This document shows positions 15,321 through 25,112 of a DNA stretch of 64,000 nt, one piece after another. Each line of letters opens with the position of its first letter. Position 1 is the stretch's first letter. Position numbers and translations under genes: made by a program. The stretch is from a virus (Duplodnaviria; Caudoviricetes). The stretch covers positions 5,958 to 69,957 of IMG/VR virus record IMGVR_UViG_3300037067_018877; one strand, written 5' to 3'. Below the pieces are notes generated by a model, which saw nothing but the letters and a program-made list of their open reading frames with translations, made no database searches and was not told the DNA's origin.

Positions 15321-15995
15321 CTATGCCACCAGTTCCTTCTGGGTCTGCTTCACCAGCAACCGCGTGCTCTCGTGATCCTGGGCCTTCGCCTGGGCGGCCC
15401 GGAAGTCTGCCGTCGCCGTGGGGGCGTTCTTCTTGAGCATCTCGCCGCCGGCGACGACCTCGGTGAAGGCGGTCTTGAGCGTCGCGAGCTTCTTGACGGC
15501 AACGGCTCCGCTGGCTCCGAAGAGAGTCACCAGGCCCATCAGGACCACGCTGACGATGTTGAGCCACGAGCCCACCTGCGGCGGCGTCAGCGGCGCCACG
15601 GCCGCCAGGGACTCGGCCGCCATCCGCAGGACGTCCGTCACATCCGCGACTCCCTCGGGCCCCTTGTCCACGACCTCCTTGACCTTGGCCAGGGCCGCGG
15701 CTGCCGGGTCCTTCATCTGTCGCCACTTGGCCAGATCCGCACGGTAGTCGGCCAGCTTGGCGACGATCTTCTCCTGGTCCCCGAACGGCGTGTTCGGGTC
15801 CGCCAGGACCGCCTCCATCGCCAGCATGCTCTGTTGGACGATCTCGATCTGGGCGTCGATCCGCTCGACGGCCTCCTGGAGGATCGGGATCGTCTCTTGC
15901 GCCGCGGCGATCTGCTGCTCGCTGGTCATCTTGCATCCGCTGCACGCCGCCAGAATCCCCAGCGCCGCAATCCATAGAAACATCCGTGTTCTCAT
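15321..15995 (-). CDS. lipoprotein with coiled coil and a C-proximal transmembrane helix
   Basis: lipobox LAAC/SGC; heptad-rich middle; TM LNIVSVVLMGLVTLFGASGAVAV. Confidence 0.7.
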   Translation of the reverse strand: MRTRMFLWIAALGILAACSGCKMTSEQQIAAAQETIPILQEAVERIDAQIEIVQQSMLAMEAVLADPNTPFGDQEKIVAKLADYRADLAKWRQMKDPAAAALAKVKEVVDKGPEGVADVTDVLRMAAESLAAVAPLTPPQVGSWLNIVSVVLMGLVTLFGASGAVAVKKLATLKTAFTEVVAGGEMLKKNAPTATADFRAAQAKAQDHESTRLLVKQTQKELVA

Positions 15996-16014
15996 CTGAA
16001 GCTCCTTTCAAGGT

Positions 16015-16905
16015 TTAAAGTTTGCCGCCCCCGTCAAACAGGGGCATCTGAATCGGTTGATTGATCAGGACGACTTCCGTCACCCGCACCCTTCGGCTCT
16101 CTCGTTTGGCGATCGGGGCGATGGCCTTGGTCACTTCGATCTCGACCATGGACCAGCCCGGATAGAGGTCCGCCAGGGCCGGATGCTGGTAGTAGCTGAC
16201 CACGACCCGGGTCTGCCGGAAGCGGCTGAGGGCCCAAGCTAGCCGCACGTGGTCGATCGGCAAAAACTCGTGCTCATAGCCCACGTTGTTCTCGAGATAG
16301 GGCGGATCGCAGTAGACCACCGTCCCCGGCGCATCCTCGATCTTTGGGATCAGCTCGAAGGCGTCCATGTTCAGGATCGTCGCGTTCCGCATTCGGCGCC
16401 GCCAGGCGGGAATGGAAGCTACCGCGTTGTGGAATCGCGTCGCCTGCTGGCCCCCGTTGTTCGTGTAGCGGATCGACATCTTTCGGCCGCTCCGTTTGGT
16501 CCCGGCCGTGCCGCTCCAGGCCATCCACGCCTTGATGAAGTAGAGGTACGCCCGCTCGAAGGGGTCTGTCTCCTTCTTCAACTGCTCCTGGGCCTCGGTG
16601 TGGATCTGCTGGCAGAAGGGAACGCGGCGAAGACGGCGATAGAGAAGCGGCCCGAGCTTTCGGTCCGCGACGATCTTCATCAGATTGGTCAGCTCCCCGT
16701 GGAGGTCGTTGAGGACCTCGATCCGCGACATCGGCTTGGTCAGGAAGTCCCCGAGGCCCCCGCAGAATGGGGCCCAGTAGGCGTTGTGCGGCCCGAAGAT
16801 TTTGTGCAGACGGGGGGCGAGATTGCGCTTGGCCCCCGCCCAGGGCGCGATCGCCGTAACCTTCATCGGGCTTTCGACTGTGGTATCCACTGTGTCCACT
16901 CCCAT
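16015..16905 (-). CDS. dam: DNA adenine methyltransferase (Dam/D12 class)
   Basis: PWAGAK, PFCGG, EVLNDL, YCDPPY; TGATG-coupled start. Confidence 0.92.
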   Translation of the reverse strand: MGVDTVDTTVESPMKVTAIAPWAGAKRNLAPRLHKIFGPHNAYWAPFCGGLGDFLTKPMSRIEVLNDLHGELTNLMKIVADRKLGPLLYRRLRRVPFCQQIHTEAQEQLKKETDPFERAYLYFIKAWMAWSGTAGTKRSGRKMSIRYTNNGGQQATRFHNAVASIPAWRRRMRNATILNMDAFELIPKIEDAPGTVVYCDPPYLENNVGYEHEFLPIDHVRLAWALSRFRQTRVVVSYYQHPALADLYPGWSMVEIEVTKAIAPIAKRESRRVRVTEVVLINQPIQMPLFDGGGKL

Positions 16906-17345
16906 CAGTTGCCGAAGTCGTCCTTGTCCGGCCCTATGCAGCCGATGTTGTCGTCGTCCTCGTCGGGGAGCTGCTCCTGGCACGCGGTGCACCGGAACTG
17001 GCCGGGGCCCACCACGACCACGGCCGACCCCGCGGGAAGGTCCCGGTCGCAGTCGCAACACATCGGCTGGGCCTGCGTCGCCGCCGGCAGCTCGTAGCGG
17101 CTGACCGGCTCGGCGTGCACCTGGGCGACCAGCGTTCGGGCGATCCCCTCCGTCGTCGGCGTCACGCAGTAGATCGCGGAGCCGCCATAGAACTGGGTCA
17201 TCGGCGGATCGGACGGCACGTCGATCCGGCACATGCTCGTGCCGAACATCTCGACATCCTGCACGCGCCCCGCCAGACGGCGATGCCCCATCAACTCGAG
17301 AATCGCCCACTCGTTGAATCCCTGCTTGCTCTGTTCTTCCGCCAT
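16905..17345 (-). CDS. phage hypothetical protein
   Basis: WAILELMGHRRLAG...CRIDVP...TQFYGGSAIYC; C-terminal Cys motifs. Confidence 0.75.
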   Translation of the reverse strand: MAEEQSKQGFNEWAILELMGHRRLAGRVQDVEMFGTSMCRIDVPSDPPMTQFYGGSAIYCVTPTTEGIARTLVAQVHAEPVSRYELPAATQAQPMCCDCDRDLPAGSAVVVVGPGQFRCTACQEQLPDEDDDNIGCIGPDKDDFGN

Positions 17346-17515
17346 CTGTTTTTTTCCTTTCTCACAAGGGCGTCGTGGACTATACTTGGGTCAGCGGGTA
17401 AGTCCTGCCACGTGCCCCGGGTGCTCCCTTCCATCGGTTGGCCATGAGCCCGAGGAGGAACGGCGTGGCAGGGACCGCTTGTTTTCCTGATTCTCTTCTC
17501 ATGTCAGAGCTTCCC

Positions 17516-17917
17516 TTAGAACGGTATATCGTCGTCCGGGACGGGTCCGCCCGGCCGCTCGCCGGATTCCTGGCTCTGTCCCTGGTTGTTGCTGAATACG
17601 AAGGTGAACTGCTCGACCGTCACGCGGTGCTTGCTCCGTTTGGTCCCGTCCTGGGCGGTCCAGGAATCGAAAGCCAGCCGCCCTTCCAGGAAGATCGGCC
17701 GGCCCTTCTTGAAAAACTTGTTGATGTTCTCCGCGACCTTGCCGAACGCGCGGCAGTCCACGAAGCAGGTCTCGTCCCGCTGGTTGCCCGACTGGTCGGT
17801 CCACTTGCGATTCGTGGCCAGACCGAAGTCAACCACCGCCGTCTCCGACGGCGTGTACGAAAGCTGCGGGTCCCGCGTGAGATTGCCCATTAGAAGGATC
17901 TTGTTAAAACTACTCAC
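17516..17917 (-). CDS. ssb: single-stranded DNA-binding protein
   Basis: FNKILLMGNLTRDPQL...KKGRPIFLEGRL; C-terminal DDDIPF. Confidence 0.97.
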   Translation of the reverse strand: MSSFNKILLMGNLTRDPQLSYTPSETAVVDFGLATNRKWTDQSGNQRDETCFVDCRAFGKVAENINKFFKKGRPIFLEGRLAFDSWTAQDGTKRSKHRVTVEQFTFVFSNNQGQSQESGERPGGPVPDDDIPF

Positions 17918-17918
17918 G

Positions 17919-18119
17919 TCAGATCTCCCTTTGGTAATTGCAGGAACACAGATCGGGTTCCAAGCAGGTCTCTACTCGAAGGGTCTTGACATACTTGGCG
18001 CTCGGTGCTTTTCCTGCGAAGAAGGCCGAATCGTCGATCTCCCGAACGTAGGTGGTCCCTGATACGACATCGCCGCACAGAGGGCACCGATCAGTCTGAA
18101 CCTTGATTTCGACGCTCAT
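17919..18119 (-). CDS. small Zn-binding protein
   Basis: CPLC and CSC; GGAG SD. Confidence 0.5.
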   Translation of the reverse strand: MSVEIKVQTDRCPLCGDVVSGTTYVREIDDSAFFAGKAPSAKYVKTLRVETCLEPDLCSCNYQREI

Positions 18120-18129
18120 CTCCGGGCTC

Positions 18130-18999
18130 CTATCCCTGCAGGTGCGGGACGACCGTCCACTTGCCCTCAAATTGCCGGATCTCGGCGTGCGCCTGGAGCC
18201 AGTCGGCGACCTTGCCGATCCAGTCTTCGCCGCTGAGCCGTTGGGCCTGAGCGAGCAGTTCCTTGAGGACCTCCGGAGGCAGAGCGTGCTGCTGAGTCTT
18301 CTGGCAACAGACGGCCCCGAATCGCCGTTTGGCGGCGACGACGTCCAGCAGCTCGGCGCTCTTGGGTTTCTCCGGCTCGGGCTTCTTCTTGCCGCCGGCG
18401 CCGTCGTCGTCGACCTCGTCCTTGGCGACCAGGCCCAGCAGACTGAACAGTGTCGTTCGCCGCAGGTAGGTGATCGTCGAGGCGATCATCTGGAGTCTGT
18501 TCTTGCCGCCCGAGTCGTCGGGCGGGCCGCCGAGCTGCATGGACTCCTTATGGCCCCGCACGTGGGAGACGTCACAACGGATCTCGATCCAATCCGCCCT
18601 CTGGGCCACGGTTGTCCAGGTCGCCGAGAGCTGGCACTCGGCCATTAGCGGCTGGATCTGTTCGACCGTCTCGGGCAGGCCGGCGAAGTTGTACTTCACC
18701 CGCCCTTTGTCCTTCGGTGTGAAATCCACCTTGCGGGTCTTCAAGATCGTCGGACAAGCGGCCCGGAATTTGACCATGGCCTCGACGTAGGCCTTGCGAG
18801 CCTCGTTCTTCTCCCACCGTTCCTGCAGGTCCATCAGCTTTTCCAGCTTGGCCGTGTCGGCGTTCTGCTGCACGGCCAAGGAGAGCATCTGGGCCGGCGT
18901 CAGCGACGTGGGCGCCAGGGTCGTCTCGGGTTCCCGCTGCGGCACGATCGCCGCGGCTTCGACGGCCAGGGGTTCTTGAATCGTCTGTTCTGCGTCCAT
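18130..18999 (-). CDS. ERF-family ssDNA-annealing protein
   Basis: KLEKLMDLQERW...KYNFAGL...SGGKN..Q.IASTITYLRR..L..LLGL...DDDG. Confidence 0.88.
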   Translation of the reverse strand: MDAEQTIQEPLAVEAAAIVPQREPETTLAPTSLTPAQMLSLAVQQNADTAKLEKLMDLQERWEKNEARKAYVEAMVKFRAACPTILKTRKVDFTPKDKGRVKYNFAGLPETVEQIQPLMAECQLSATWTTVAQRADWIEIRCDVSHVRGHKESMQLGGPPDDSGGKNRLQMIASTITYLRRTTLFSLLGLVAKDEVDDDGAGGKKKPEPEKPKSAELLDVVAAKRRFGAVCCQKTQQHALPPEVLKELLAQAQRLSGEDWIGKVADWLQAHAEIRQFEGKWTVVPHLQG

Positions 19000-19006
19000 G
19001 CTGTCC

Positions 19007-19966
19007 TCAATAGTTGATGGTGACGTGTCGGATGCGTCCGCTGTTGACGTGGCTGATCAGAGATGACACGGCGTTGGCGTCGAGTTTCATCCCCTCGTCT
19101 TGGGCCACGCCGAGAACATCCATAATGATCTCTCCGATGATCTTCTCACGATGCTTCTTATTCGCAGCGAGCCGGGCCTGCCGTTCCCGTTCGGCCTTCT
19201 CGGCGGCCAGACGTTCCCGCTCTTTTTGTTCGGCCGCCTCGCGGGCCCGCTCTTCGGCGCGACGGACGGCGGCCTCCTGCTCGGCCTTGGCGCGTTCCGC
19301 CGCCTCCCGCTTCTCACGCTCCGCCCGTTCGGCGCGATCCTTCTCCCGCTGAATCGCGGCCTCCGCTTCGAGTCGGGCGCGTTCGGCGGCCTCGGCGGCA
19401 GCCTTCTGGGTGCGTTCCTCGGCTTCGCGGGCGATCCGCTCCTCGCGCTCCTTGCGTTCGATCTCGCGGCGTTCGGCTTCTTCTCTGGCCTTTCGTTCGG
19501 CCTCCTGGCGGGCCAGCTCCGCCTCCTTCTGGCGGACGATCCGCTCCCGCTCGAACAGGTCATGCATCCGGTGGGCCTCGTCCCAATCCCGATCGTACTG
19601 GGCGTCGAGTTCGGCCTGCCGCTCTTTCACGGCCTCGGCCTCCTCCCAGTCGGTCAGGGGCTTGCGGACCTCGTCCCGCAAGGCGTCCAGGTCGTCCCGC
19701 ATCTTCTTGCGGACCGCGTCGACCTTCTTGGCCTTCTCTTTCCAGTTGGAGACCAGGTCCTTTCCCAGGTTGTCGAGGATGACCTTGCTGGAGGCGACCT
19801 TGAAGGCCAGGGAGCCCACGGCCTTGCGCCCAGCCGCGGTCGAGACGTCCGGCACGTGCTGGAGGACCCGCTTGCGGATCTCCTCCACCAGAGGGTCCAT
19901 GGCCGGTCCGGTGAACAAATCGAGGGGATTGAGCTTCTCGGCAACGATCAGTTCGTTCTCAGCCAT
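19007..19966 (-). CDS. phage coiled-coil protein (charged E/R/K-rich C-terminus)
   Basis: VPDVSTAAGRKAVGSLAFKVASSK...KKVDAVRKKMRDDLDALRDEVRKPLTDWE. Confidence 0.8.
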   Translation of the reverse strand: MAENELIVAEKLNPLDLFTGPAMDPLVEEIRKRVLQHVPDVSTAAGRKAVGSLAFKVASSKVILDNLGKDLVSNWKEKAKKVDAVRKKMRDDLDALRDEVRKPLTDWEEAEAVKERQAELDAQYDRDWDEAHRMHDLFERERIVRQKEAELARQEAERKAREEAERREIERKEREERIAREAEERTQKAAAEAAERARLEAEAAIQREKDRAERAEREKREAAERAKAEQEAAVRRAEERAREAAEQKERERLAAEKAERERQARLAANKKHREKIIGEIIMDVLGVAQDEGMKLDANAVSSLISHVNSGRIRHVTINY

Positions 19967-20180
19967 TCCCGTCCTCCAGCATCTTCTGCACCATTTCCAG
20001 GACCATGCTGCTGTTCTGCTCGAATTGCAGGCGCGTCAAAGCCATCAGAATGGCTCCGCGGCATATCTGTCGGTCGGCCAGGCCGTCCACGGCGCCGCTG
20101 AGGAACTGGTAGGCGCACTCTTCCTGTTGGGCAAATTCGTTTGGATCCTCGATGGGCATTCCATCGTTGCGGTACAACAC
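19959..20180 (-). CDS. small hypothetical protein
   Basis: gap-filling ORF with AAGGAG SD. Confidence 0.4.
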   Translation of the reverse strand: MLYRNDGMPIEDPNEFAQQEECAYQFLSGAVDGLADRQICRGAILMALTRLQFEQNSSMVLEMVQKMLEDGNG

Positions 20181-20182
20181 GG

Positions 20183-21094
20183 TCAGGCTCCTTTCTCCGC
20201 TCCGGCAAGCATCAGATCGAATCCTTCTCGTCTCAGCGCCCAGGGCGACAGGCCCAGGACTCCGGGCCCGTCCCCATAGGCGGGCCACTCGTTCTTGGCG
20301 ACGCACTCGACGTACCGCTCCAGGGCCTCGCTGTAACTCGCCTGTCCGGGGCGGATCGTCAGCCGCTCGTCGGCGTCCCAGGGCTTGGCCACGTAGGGCG
20401 GCTCCTTCTCGACGGCCAGCCAGGTAAAGACCTTCGGCCGCACGCCCGTGATCGCCTCGTAACCGTCCATGTAGAACGCCGCCGTCTGGAAATAGCCGTA
20501 GCTGTAGATGTCCCGCTGGAAGGCGTCGTAGGAGGCGTCCTCCGTGGTCTTTAAGTCCACGATCGCCACGTCCCAGCCTTCGTGCAGGTAGTCGAGCCGC
20601 CCCTTGCAGAGGATCCCCGTGTCCTTGTCCCGCCAGACCAGGCAGACCTCGGCCCGGCCCCCGGTGACGTAGCCGGAGCACTGCTGGATGCGGATGGCCC
20701 TGTCCATCTCGCGGACCTTCTCGCTGTCGCCGGCCGTCACGACCAGCTTTCCGGCGGCCTTCTCCTCCCACTCGTCCCAGTACTCGATCGACTCGATCGT
20801 CGAGGGCGAGGGCTTCTTGGCGTCCCGCTGTCGCTGGCTGGGCCGCCGCGGGGCGTCCTCGGGCTCGGCGATCGTGCTCTCGTCGAATCGGGCGGGTTCC
20901 AGGACCGCCAGGTGCAGCAGGATGCCGAACTTCAGCGCCGGCGTCGGGTCCTTGGGGTGCTCCCTCTCGTACTGGGCATGGCGGGGACTCCGCGTGCGGA
21001 GCCGCCAGAGGAAAGAGCTGTTGACGGCATCCCACTGGGCGTACTCGGCGTACGGCACGCCGGGATAGATGCCGGGCTCGGGTGCGGGGGTCAT
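20183..21094 (-). CDS. RecE/exonuclease VIII-like PD-(D/E)xK nuclease (DUF3799-type)
   Basis: FG.LLH.AVLEP; CKGRLDY...IVDLKTT...Y..Q.A.Y; AVEKEPPY. Confidence 0.88.
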   Translation of the reverse strand: MTPAPEPGIYPGVPYAEYAQWDAVNSSFLWRLRTRSPRHAQYEREHPKDPTPALKFGILLHLAVLEPARFDESTIAEPEDAPRRPSQRQRDAKKPSPSTIESIEYWDEWEEKAAGKLVVTAGDSEKVREMDRAIRIQQCSGYVTGGRAEVCLVWRDKDTGILCKGRLDYLHEGWDVAIVDLKTTEDASYDAFQRDIYSYGYFQTAAFYMDGYEAITGVRPKVFTWLAVEKEPPYVAKPWDADERLTIRPGQASYSEALERYVECVAKNEWPAYGDGPGVLGLSPWALRREGFDLMLAGAEKGA

Positions 21095-21378
21095 TGCCGG
21101 ATCTCCTCGAAATGCGGGACGAAGCCCAGGGCCCTGGCCGTCGCCTTGGCCCAGTCCCTGTGCCCCTCGCAGACGTACAGAGGATCGCTGCCAGGCCAGT
21201 GCAGGACCGCCACGGCCGGCTTGCCGCAGACGCCGTCTTTGGTCTTCTGCGTGCAGGTGGGACAAGGCTCTTTCGCCACAGAGGACACAGAGGTCGATGG
21301 GGCGTCAATCCGGTCAATGAGGTCAACGAGGTCCTTCAGCCCCTCCCGGATCTTGGCCAGCAGTTCATCCTTGCTCAT
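21091..21378 (-). CDS. small Zn-binding protein
   Basis: CPTC...CG...VCEGH; coupled to the downstream gene. Confidence 0.6.
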   Translation of the reverse strand: MSKDELLAKIREGLKDLVDLIDRIDAPSTSVSSVAKEPCPTCTQKTKDGVCGKPAVAVLHWPGSDPLYVCEGHRDWAKATARALGFVPHFEEIRQ

Positions 21379-21706
21379 CGTGCTTCTCCATTCCATCCAG
21401 TTTCGCCAGGGCCGCGACCACGTCCGCGACCGTCCACTTTCGCGGCAGGTCCAGCTCCGGCGGATCGGCGAAGTTGGGGTCGCACCAGATCTTGCCCGTC
21501 GATTCGTAGAAGTTCATCCGCCAGAGAACTTTGCCCTGGTCGACTCGGTTGATGCTCACATGGTAAATACTGTGCCGGCGGATCTGATACCTCTCGGCCG
21601 GCAACGGCCCGCGGAGTTGGGCGTCGTCCGGCTGGGCCTGTCGCGTCAGTTTCTCCCGCTGCCGGCGGGCAGCGTTCCACTGATTGAAGGTCATCTTCTT
21701 TGTCAT
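21365..21706 (-). CDS. hypothetical protein
   Basis: coupled ORF in the early operon. Confidence 0.6.
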   Translation of the reverse strand: MTKKMTFNQWNAARRQREKLTRQAQPDDAQLRGPLPAERYQIRRHSIYHVSINRVDQGKVLWRMNFYESTGKIWCDPNFADPPELDLPRKWTVADVVAALAKLDGMEKHDEQG

Positions 21707-22002
21707 GCTCGAATCCCATGCTCGAAGAGGAAGTCCGTCAGCTTGAGGGCGTTGTCATAGGAGTCGGCATTGTAAATGCTCGTCAGATATGCATGCTTCT
21801 CCTTGTAATCCTTGGGCAAAAGCCGCAATGCGACGCCGCGAACGATCGCCGGCAGCATGTTGGCGCCCACCCAGAACTCCATGTGTTCGGGATCGTCGCC
21901 CTGGCAGGCCCCGGCCATGATGTCGCAGACCCGGCGGTACAGGTCGTCTCGTTGCCGTTGTTCACGCTGTTTCTTCGTCTGTCTCGTGACGGGCTTCTTC
22001 AT
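21703..22002 (-). CDS. hypothetical protein
   Basis: coupled ORF; GGAGG SD. Confidence 0.6.
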   Translation of the reverse strand: MKKPVTRQTKKQREQRQRDDLYRRVCDIMAGACQGDDPEHMEFWVGANMLPAIVRGVALRLLPKDYKEKHAYLTSIYNADSYDNALKLTDFLFEHGIRA

Positions 22003-22349
22003 AACTGTGCCTCCAGGGTCTTGATCCGTTCGCGGTACCAGTCCATCAGCTTGGTGTGGGATTTCTCTTCGAATTCGATCAACTCGCGGTAGATGTCGAG
22101 CCCGCAGGCGGGGCAGCAGTAGAGATTGCCGGCGGAGTCTGTTTCGATGCAGTAGCGGCAGCCCTTGCGGCGACAATCGACGCCCTGGGCGTTCGTCCCG
22201 TCGCAGTGCCGCAGGTCGTCGGCCGCGACCCGCCGCCCGCAGGTCGGGCACAGAACGATGCCGGCCTGGGCGTCCGCCCGTTCCTGCTTTTCAGCCCGGC
22301 GTTCCTCGGTTCGACGTTCCTCGTTCAGATCGATGGCGTCCATGCTCAA
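21999..22349 (-). CDS. Cys-rich Zn-binding protein
   Basis: CPTC, C...C..C, CCPAC. Confidence 0.6.
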   Translation of the reverse strand: MSMDAIDLNEERRTEERRAEKQERADAQAGIVLCPTCGRRVAADDLRHCDGTNAQGVDCRRKGCRYCIETDSAGNLYCCPACGLDIYRELIEFEEKSHTKLMDWYRERIKTLEAQL

Positions 22350-22561
22350 TGCTCCGTCTGGGCGGACCCCGAGCCGGACGTTTGCGGCGTCTGGGTCTTC
22401 TTCCGTCGGTTCTGCTTGGTCCTGGCCAGTTCGAGATCGGCTTCATCCTCGGCGATTCCGCGTTCCAGGACCTCGCACCGGATCTTCAGCTCGGACAGTT
22501 CCGCTTTCTTCTCGAGGATGCGCTGCTTCTTGCGTGTGACCAGGGGGTGTTCAGAGGGCAT
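22346..22561 (-). CDS. small coiled-coil protein
   Basis: heptad-like MPSEHPL...; AAGGAG SD. Confidence 0.55.
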   Translation of the reverse strand: MPSEHPLVTRKKQRILEKKAELSELKIRCEVLERGIAEDEADLELARTKQNRRKKTQTPQTSGSGSAQTEH

Positions 22562-22635
22562 GATCGGCTCCTTCCATGCAGAGGGTTTCTCCAGGGCGGG
22601 GGCTGACGATGAGCCCCCGCCATCCACCAGGCAGC

Positions 22636-22878
22636 TCAGCGAAAGATGTCCTGGGCCCAGGCCTCGAAAGCCGGAATGACGTCGGGCGCCTTCTCCAGGG
22701 CGATCAGGAACGCACGGAGTCGATCCGCTTCGGCCTGGACCTTGGCGGCCTTCTTCTCGAGGTGCTCGACCGTGTTATGCATCCTCTCGACCGTCGGCAA
22801 CGCTTTGGGCTCAGAGATCGTCTCTTCGCCGGGGATTGGGGGAGGGGTGACTGTTTCGACAGCTTCGGGCTCTGCCAT
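22636..22878 (-). CDS. small coiled-coil protein
   Basis: GAAAGGA SD; helical C-terminus. Confidence 0.55.
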   Translation of the reverse strand: MAEPEAVETVTPPPIPGEETISEPKALPTVERMHNTVEHLEKKAAKVQAEADRLRAFLIALEKAPDVIPAFEAWAQDIFR

Positions 22879-22941
22879 GATGTTCCTTTCTGAAAAGGTG
22901 GGTGGGGGGTTTGAAACACAGGTCCGGCGTTCGCCGTCGGA

Positions 22942-23487
22942 TCACTGGGTCTCGGTTTCCGCTTCCTGAAGGAGCGGGCGTTTGGCGTCCTCGATTCGGC
23001 CCTTGGCGATCTCGGAGAGGTCCTCGTCGCCATACTTGGCCAGTTCCGCCTTGAAGGCCGACACATCGTGCTTGCGGATCCGGATGACGATCCGGCCGCG
23101 ATCGTTCGTCTTGGGCGAGCCCTCATTGTCCGTGACGATCTGGGCGTGCATCAGCTCGTGGTAGATCAGCCGCTGCTTCTCCTCGGGCTTGAGGGTCGGG
23201 AACGCCTCGGCGTTCAACAGGACGATGATGTCGTAGTCGTCCAGTTCGCGATCGAGGTCGCCGCGTTTGCGGCACTGGCCCAGGGTCAGGACCCCGTCCA
23301 GGTCCGCCCGCCAGCCGAGCCGCCAGGCCATCCCGATCTTAAGCGGTTTGAGATCCGCCCGATCGGTCTTGACGATGTCTTCCATGATCTTGTAGGGCTC
23401 CGTCACCTTGTCACCGACCTTGCGGGCGATGAGCTTCACGGTCACGCGCTTCTGCTTCTTCTCCTTAGGGATTCGTCTGCGACCCAT
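22942..23487 (-). CDS. putative phage metallopeptidase (HExxH)
   Basis: LIYHELMH...IRKHDV..F. Confidence 0.8.
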   Translation of the reverse strand: MGRRRIPKEKKQKRVTVKLIARKVGDKVTEPYKIMEDIVKTDRADLKPLKIGMAWRLGWRADLDGVLTLGQCRKRGDLDRELDDYDIIVLLNAEAFPTLKPEEKQRLIYHELMHAQIVTDNEGSPKTNDRGRIVIRIRKHDVSAFKAELAKYGDEDLSEIAKGRIEDAKRPLLQEAETETQ

Positions 23488-24161
23488 ACGAGTGTCCTTT
23501 CTCTGAGGGGGGATAATGAGGGTGGCGGTGTTCGACGCGGGGAGAGTCATGCGCCCCGCCACCCTTGCCGAATCAAAAAAAGAAACGCTCCGGCGGCGAG
23601 ATCGGGGCAGGCGCCTGTCGATTCCGCCGGAGCGCCCAGTTGACGATGCGGCCGGCCGCTCCGTTGCTGAGGAGGGCGATGCGCGGGAGCGGCTCGGCCG
23701 CAAATGAGGACATCCTTGCCCTTGTGGATCATCCTTGTCACTGGCCACGTCAAAGAATGAGAGCGGGAGGCCTCGGGTTCCAGACTGGCGGGCGTGAGTG
23801 CCCCCGCTGTATCTTCGCCGAAAGCCTCCGTGAGCGGGATGAAAAGATGCCGGGCCCGGGCGGCTGTCAGCAGCGGAGCCTACTCGCTGCAGGCGGGGTT
23901 TTTCAGGCTCCCCGTGTGCCACTGTCCGGGCCCCTATGGTGATCCGCAGCGGATCCGAGGACGCGCTGCGGGGGAATGGCCCCGCCCGAATGAGGCCATG
24001 GAGGGGCAAGGAGTGTCGGGCGGGTATTCACAAGAGGAGAAAAGGGGGAGCCGAGCGAGTCGCGGATGGCCCGACTCCCCGAAAGTAGAGGCTTGGGGGC
24101 CGACGCATAAAATGACTTATAAGCCTCCAAAGGCGTCCCATAGCGCGACCCATTACATATC

Positions 24162-25112
24162 TTATAGGACGTTAGACGTATAACAATTTTCGGCCATTTT
24201 GTTGATTTCTTCAACAAGCGACATTCTGGATTTCCGGTCGTAGGCCTGGGTCGTCTGCACGCTCTTGTGTCCCAGGGCTCTGGCCGCTCGGGCGATTCCC
24301 TGCGCGTCGATCATCGCCGTGGCAAACGCCGCGCGGAGTTCGTGGTACCTCCGAAGATTCGAGATCTGGGCTCGTCGTTGCAGACTGCGAAACATCCGCT
24401 GGAAATTGCCTGTCGGATCGTACACGACCACATGGCCCGCACATCGGTGTGCGTACTTGTCTTCCAGGAACACGTACGGCTGATCGGCCGGCAACGACGC
24501 GATCCGCTCGCGGATCAGCCGGTGCAGCTCGATGGTCAGCCCGTCGAACCGCATGATCTCGGGCAACGCCACGTAGCGAATCGCGTGGTTCTTGATGGCC
24601 CAGGCGTAGTGACGATGGCTCGCCTTCTTCTCCGACAACAGGACATGCGGTTTCGGATGGTCCAGGTGCACATCGGACACCACAACGGCCAGCATCTCGC
24701 CGCGGCGGCAACCGAGCAGGCCGAGACAGATTCGAATGCGCCACAGATCGTCGCTCACAATCAGGAGCCGAACGAGTTCTGAGCGCGTGAACGTCTCTTT
24801 CTGCCGTTCCGCCAGTTTGTAGGCCCGCACGCCGTCGAACGGATTTGCGACGATGCGGCCATGGCGCTGGAGCCACACGAAAAACGGCTTGAAGTTGGCC
24901 AGGTATCCATTGGCGCAACTCTTGGACCGCCCCTCCGTGGCCAGCAGCGTCCGATAGTCTTCGGCGACCGCCGGAGTCACTTGATCGACCGGTAGGTCGC
25001 CAAACCATCGAACGAAGTACTTGAGAGCCTGCTCCTTGAACCGAACGCTCGACGGCCGCAGATCGGCCCGAGCCAGATAGAGTTGAAAACAGCTTGCGAT
25101 CGACTGTTGCAT
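24162..25112 (-). CDS. int: tyrosine recombinase/integrase
   Basis: GCRRGEML (R), IKN (K), YHELRAAFAT (HxxR), LGH.S.QTT.AY (H,Y); N-terminal core-binding helices. Confidence 0.92.
   Translation of the reverse strand: MQQSIASCFQLYLARADLRPSSVRFKEQALKYFVRWFGDLPVDQVTPAVAEDYRTLLATEGRSKSCANGYLANFKPFFVWLQRHGRIVANPFDGVRAYKLAERQKETFTRSELVRLLIVSDDLWRIRICLGLLGCRRGEMLAVVVSDVHLDHPKPHVLLSEKKASHRHYAWAIKNHAIRYVALPEIMRFDGLTIELHRLIRERIASLPADQPYVFLEDKYAHRCAGHVVVYDPTGNFQRMFRSLQRRAQISNLRRYHELRAAFATAMIDAQGIARAARALGHKSVQTTQAYDRKSRMSLVEEINKMAENCYTSNVL

Noticed and set aside
23699-24170. Single 9-nt spacer matches (cgcaaatga at 23699, ttataggac at 24162; also gtcctgcgg at 11678) as self-targets
   Set aside because: The partner spacer is not adjacent in any case, and isolated 9-mer hits are expected by chance in 128 kb of double-stranded sequence
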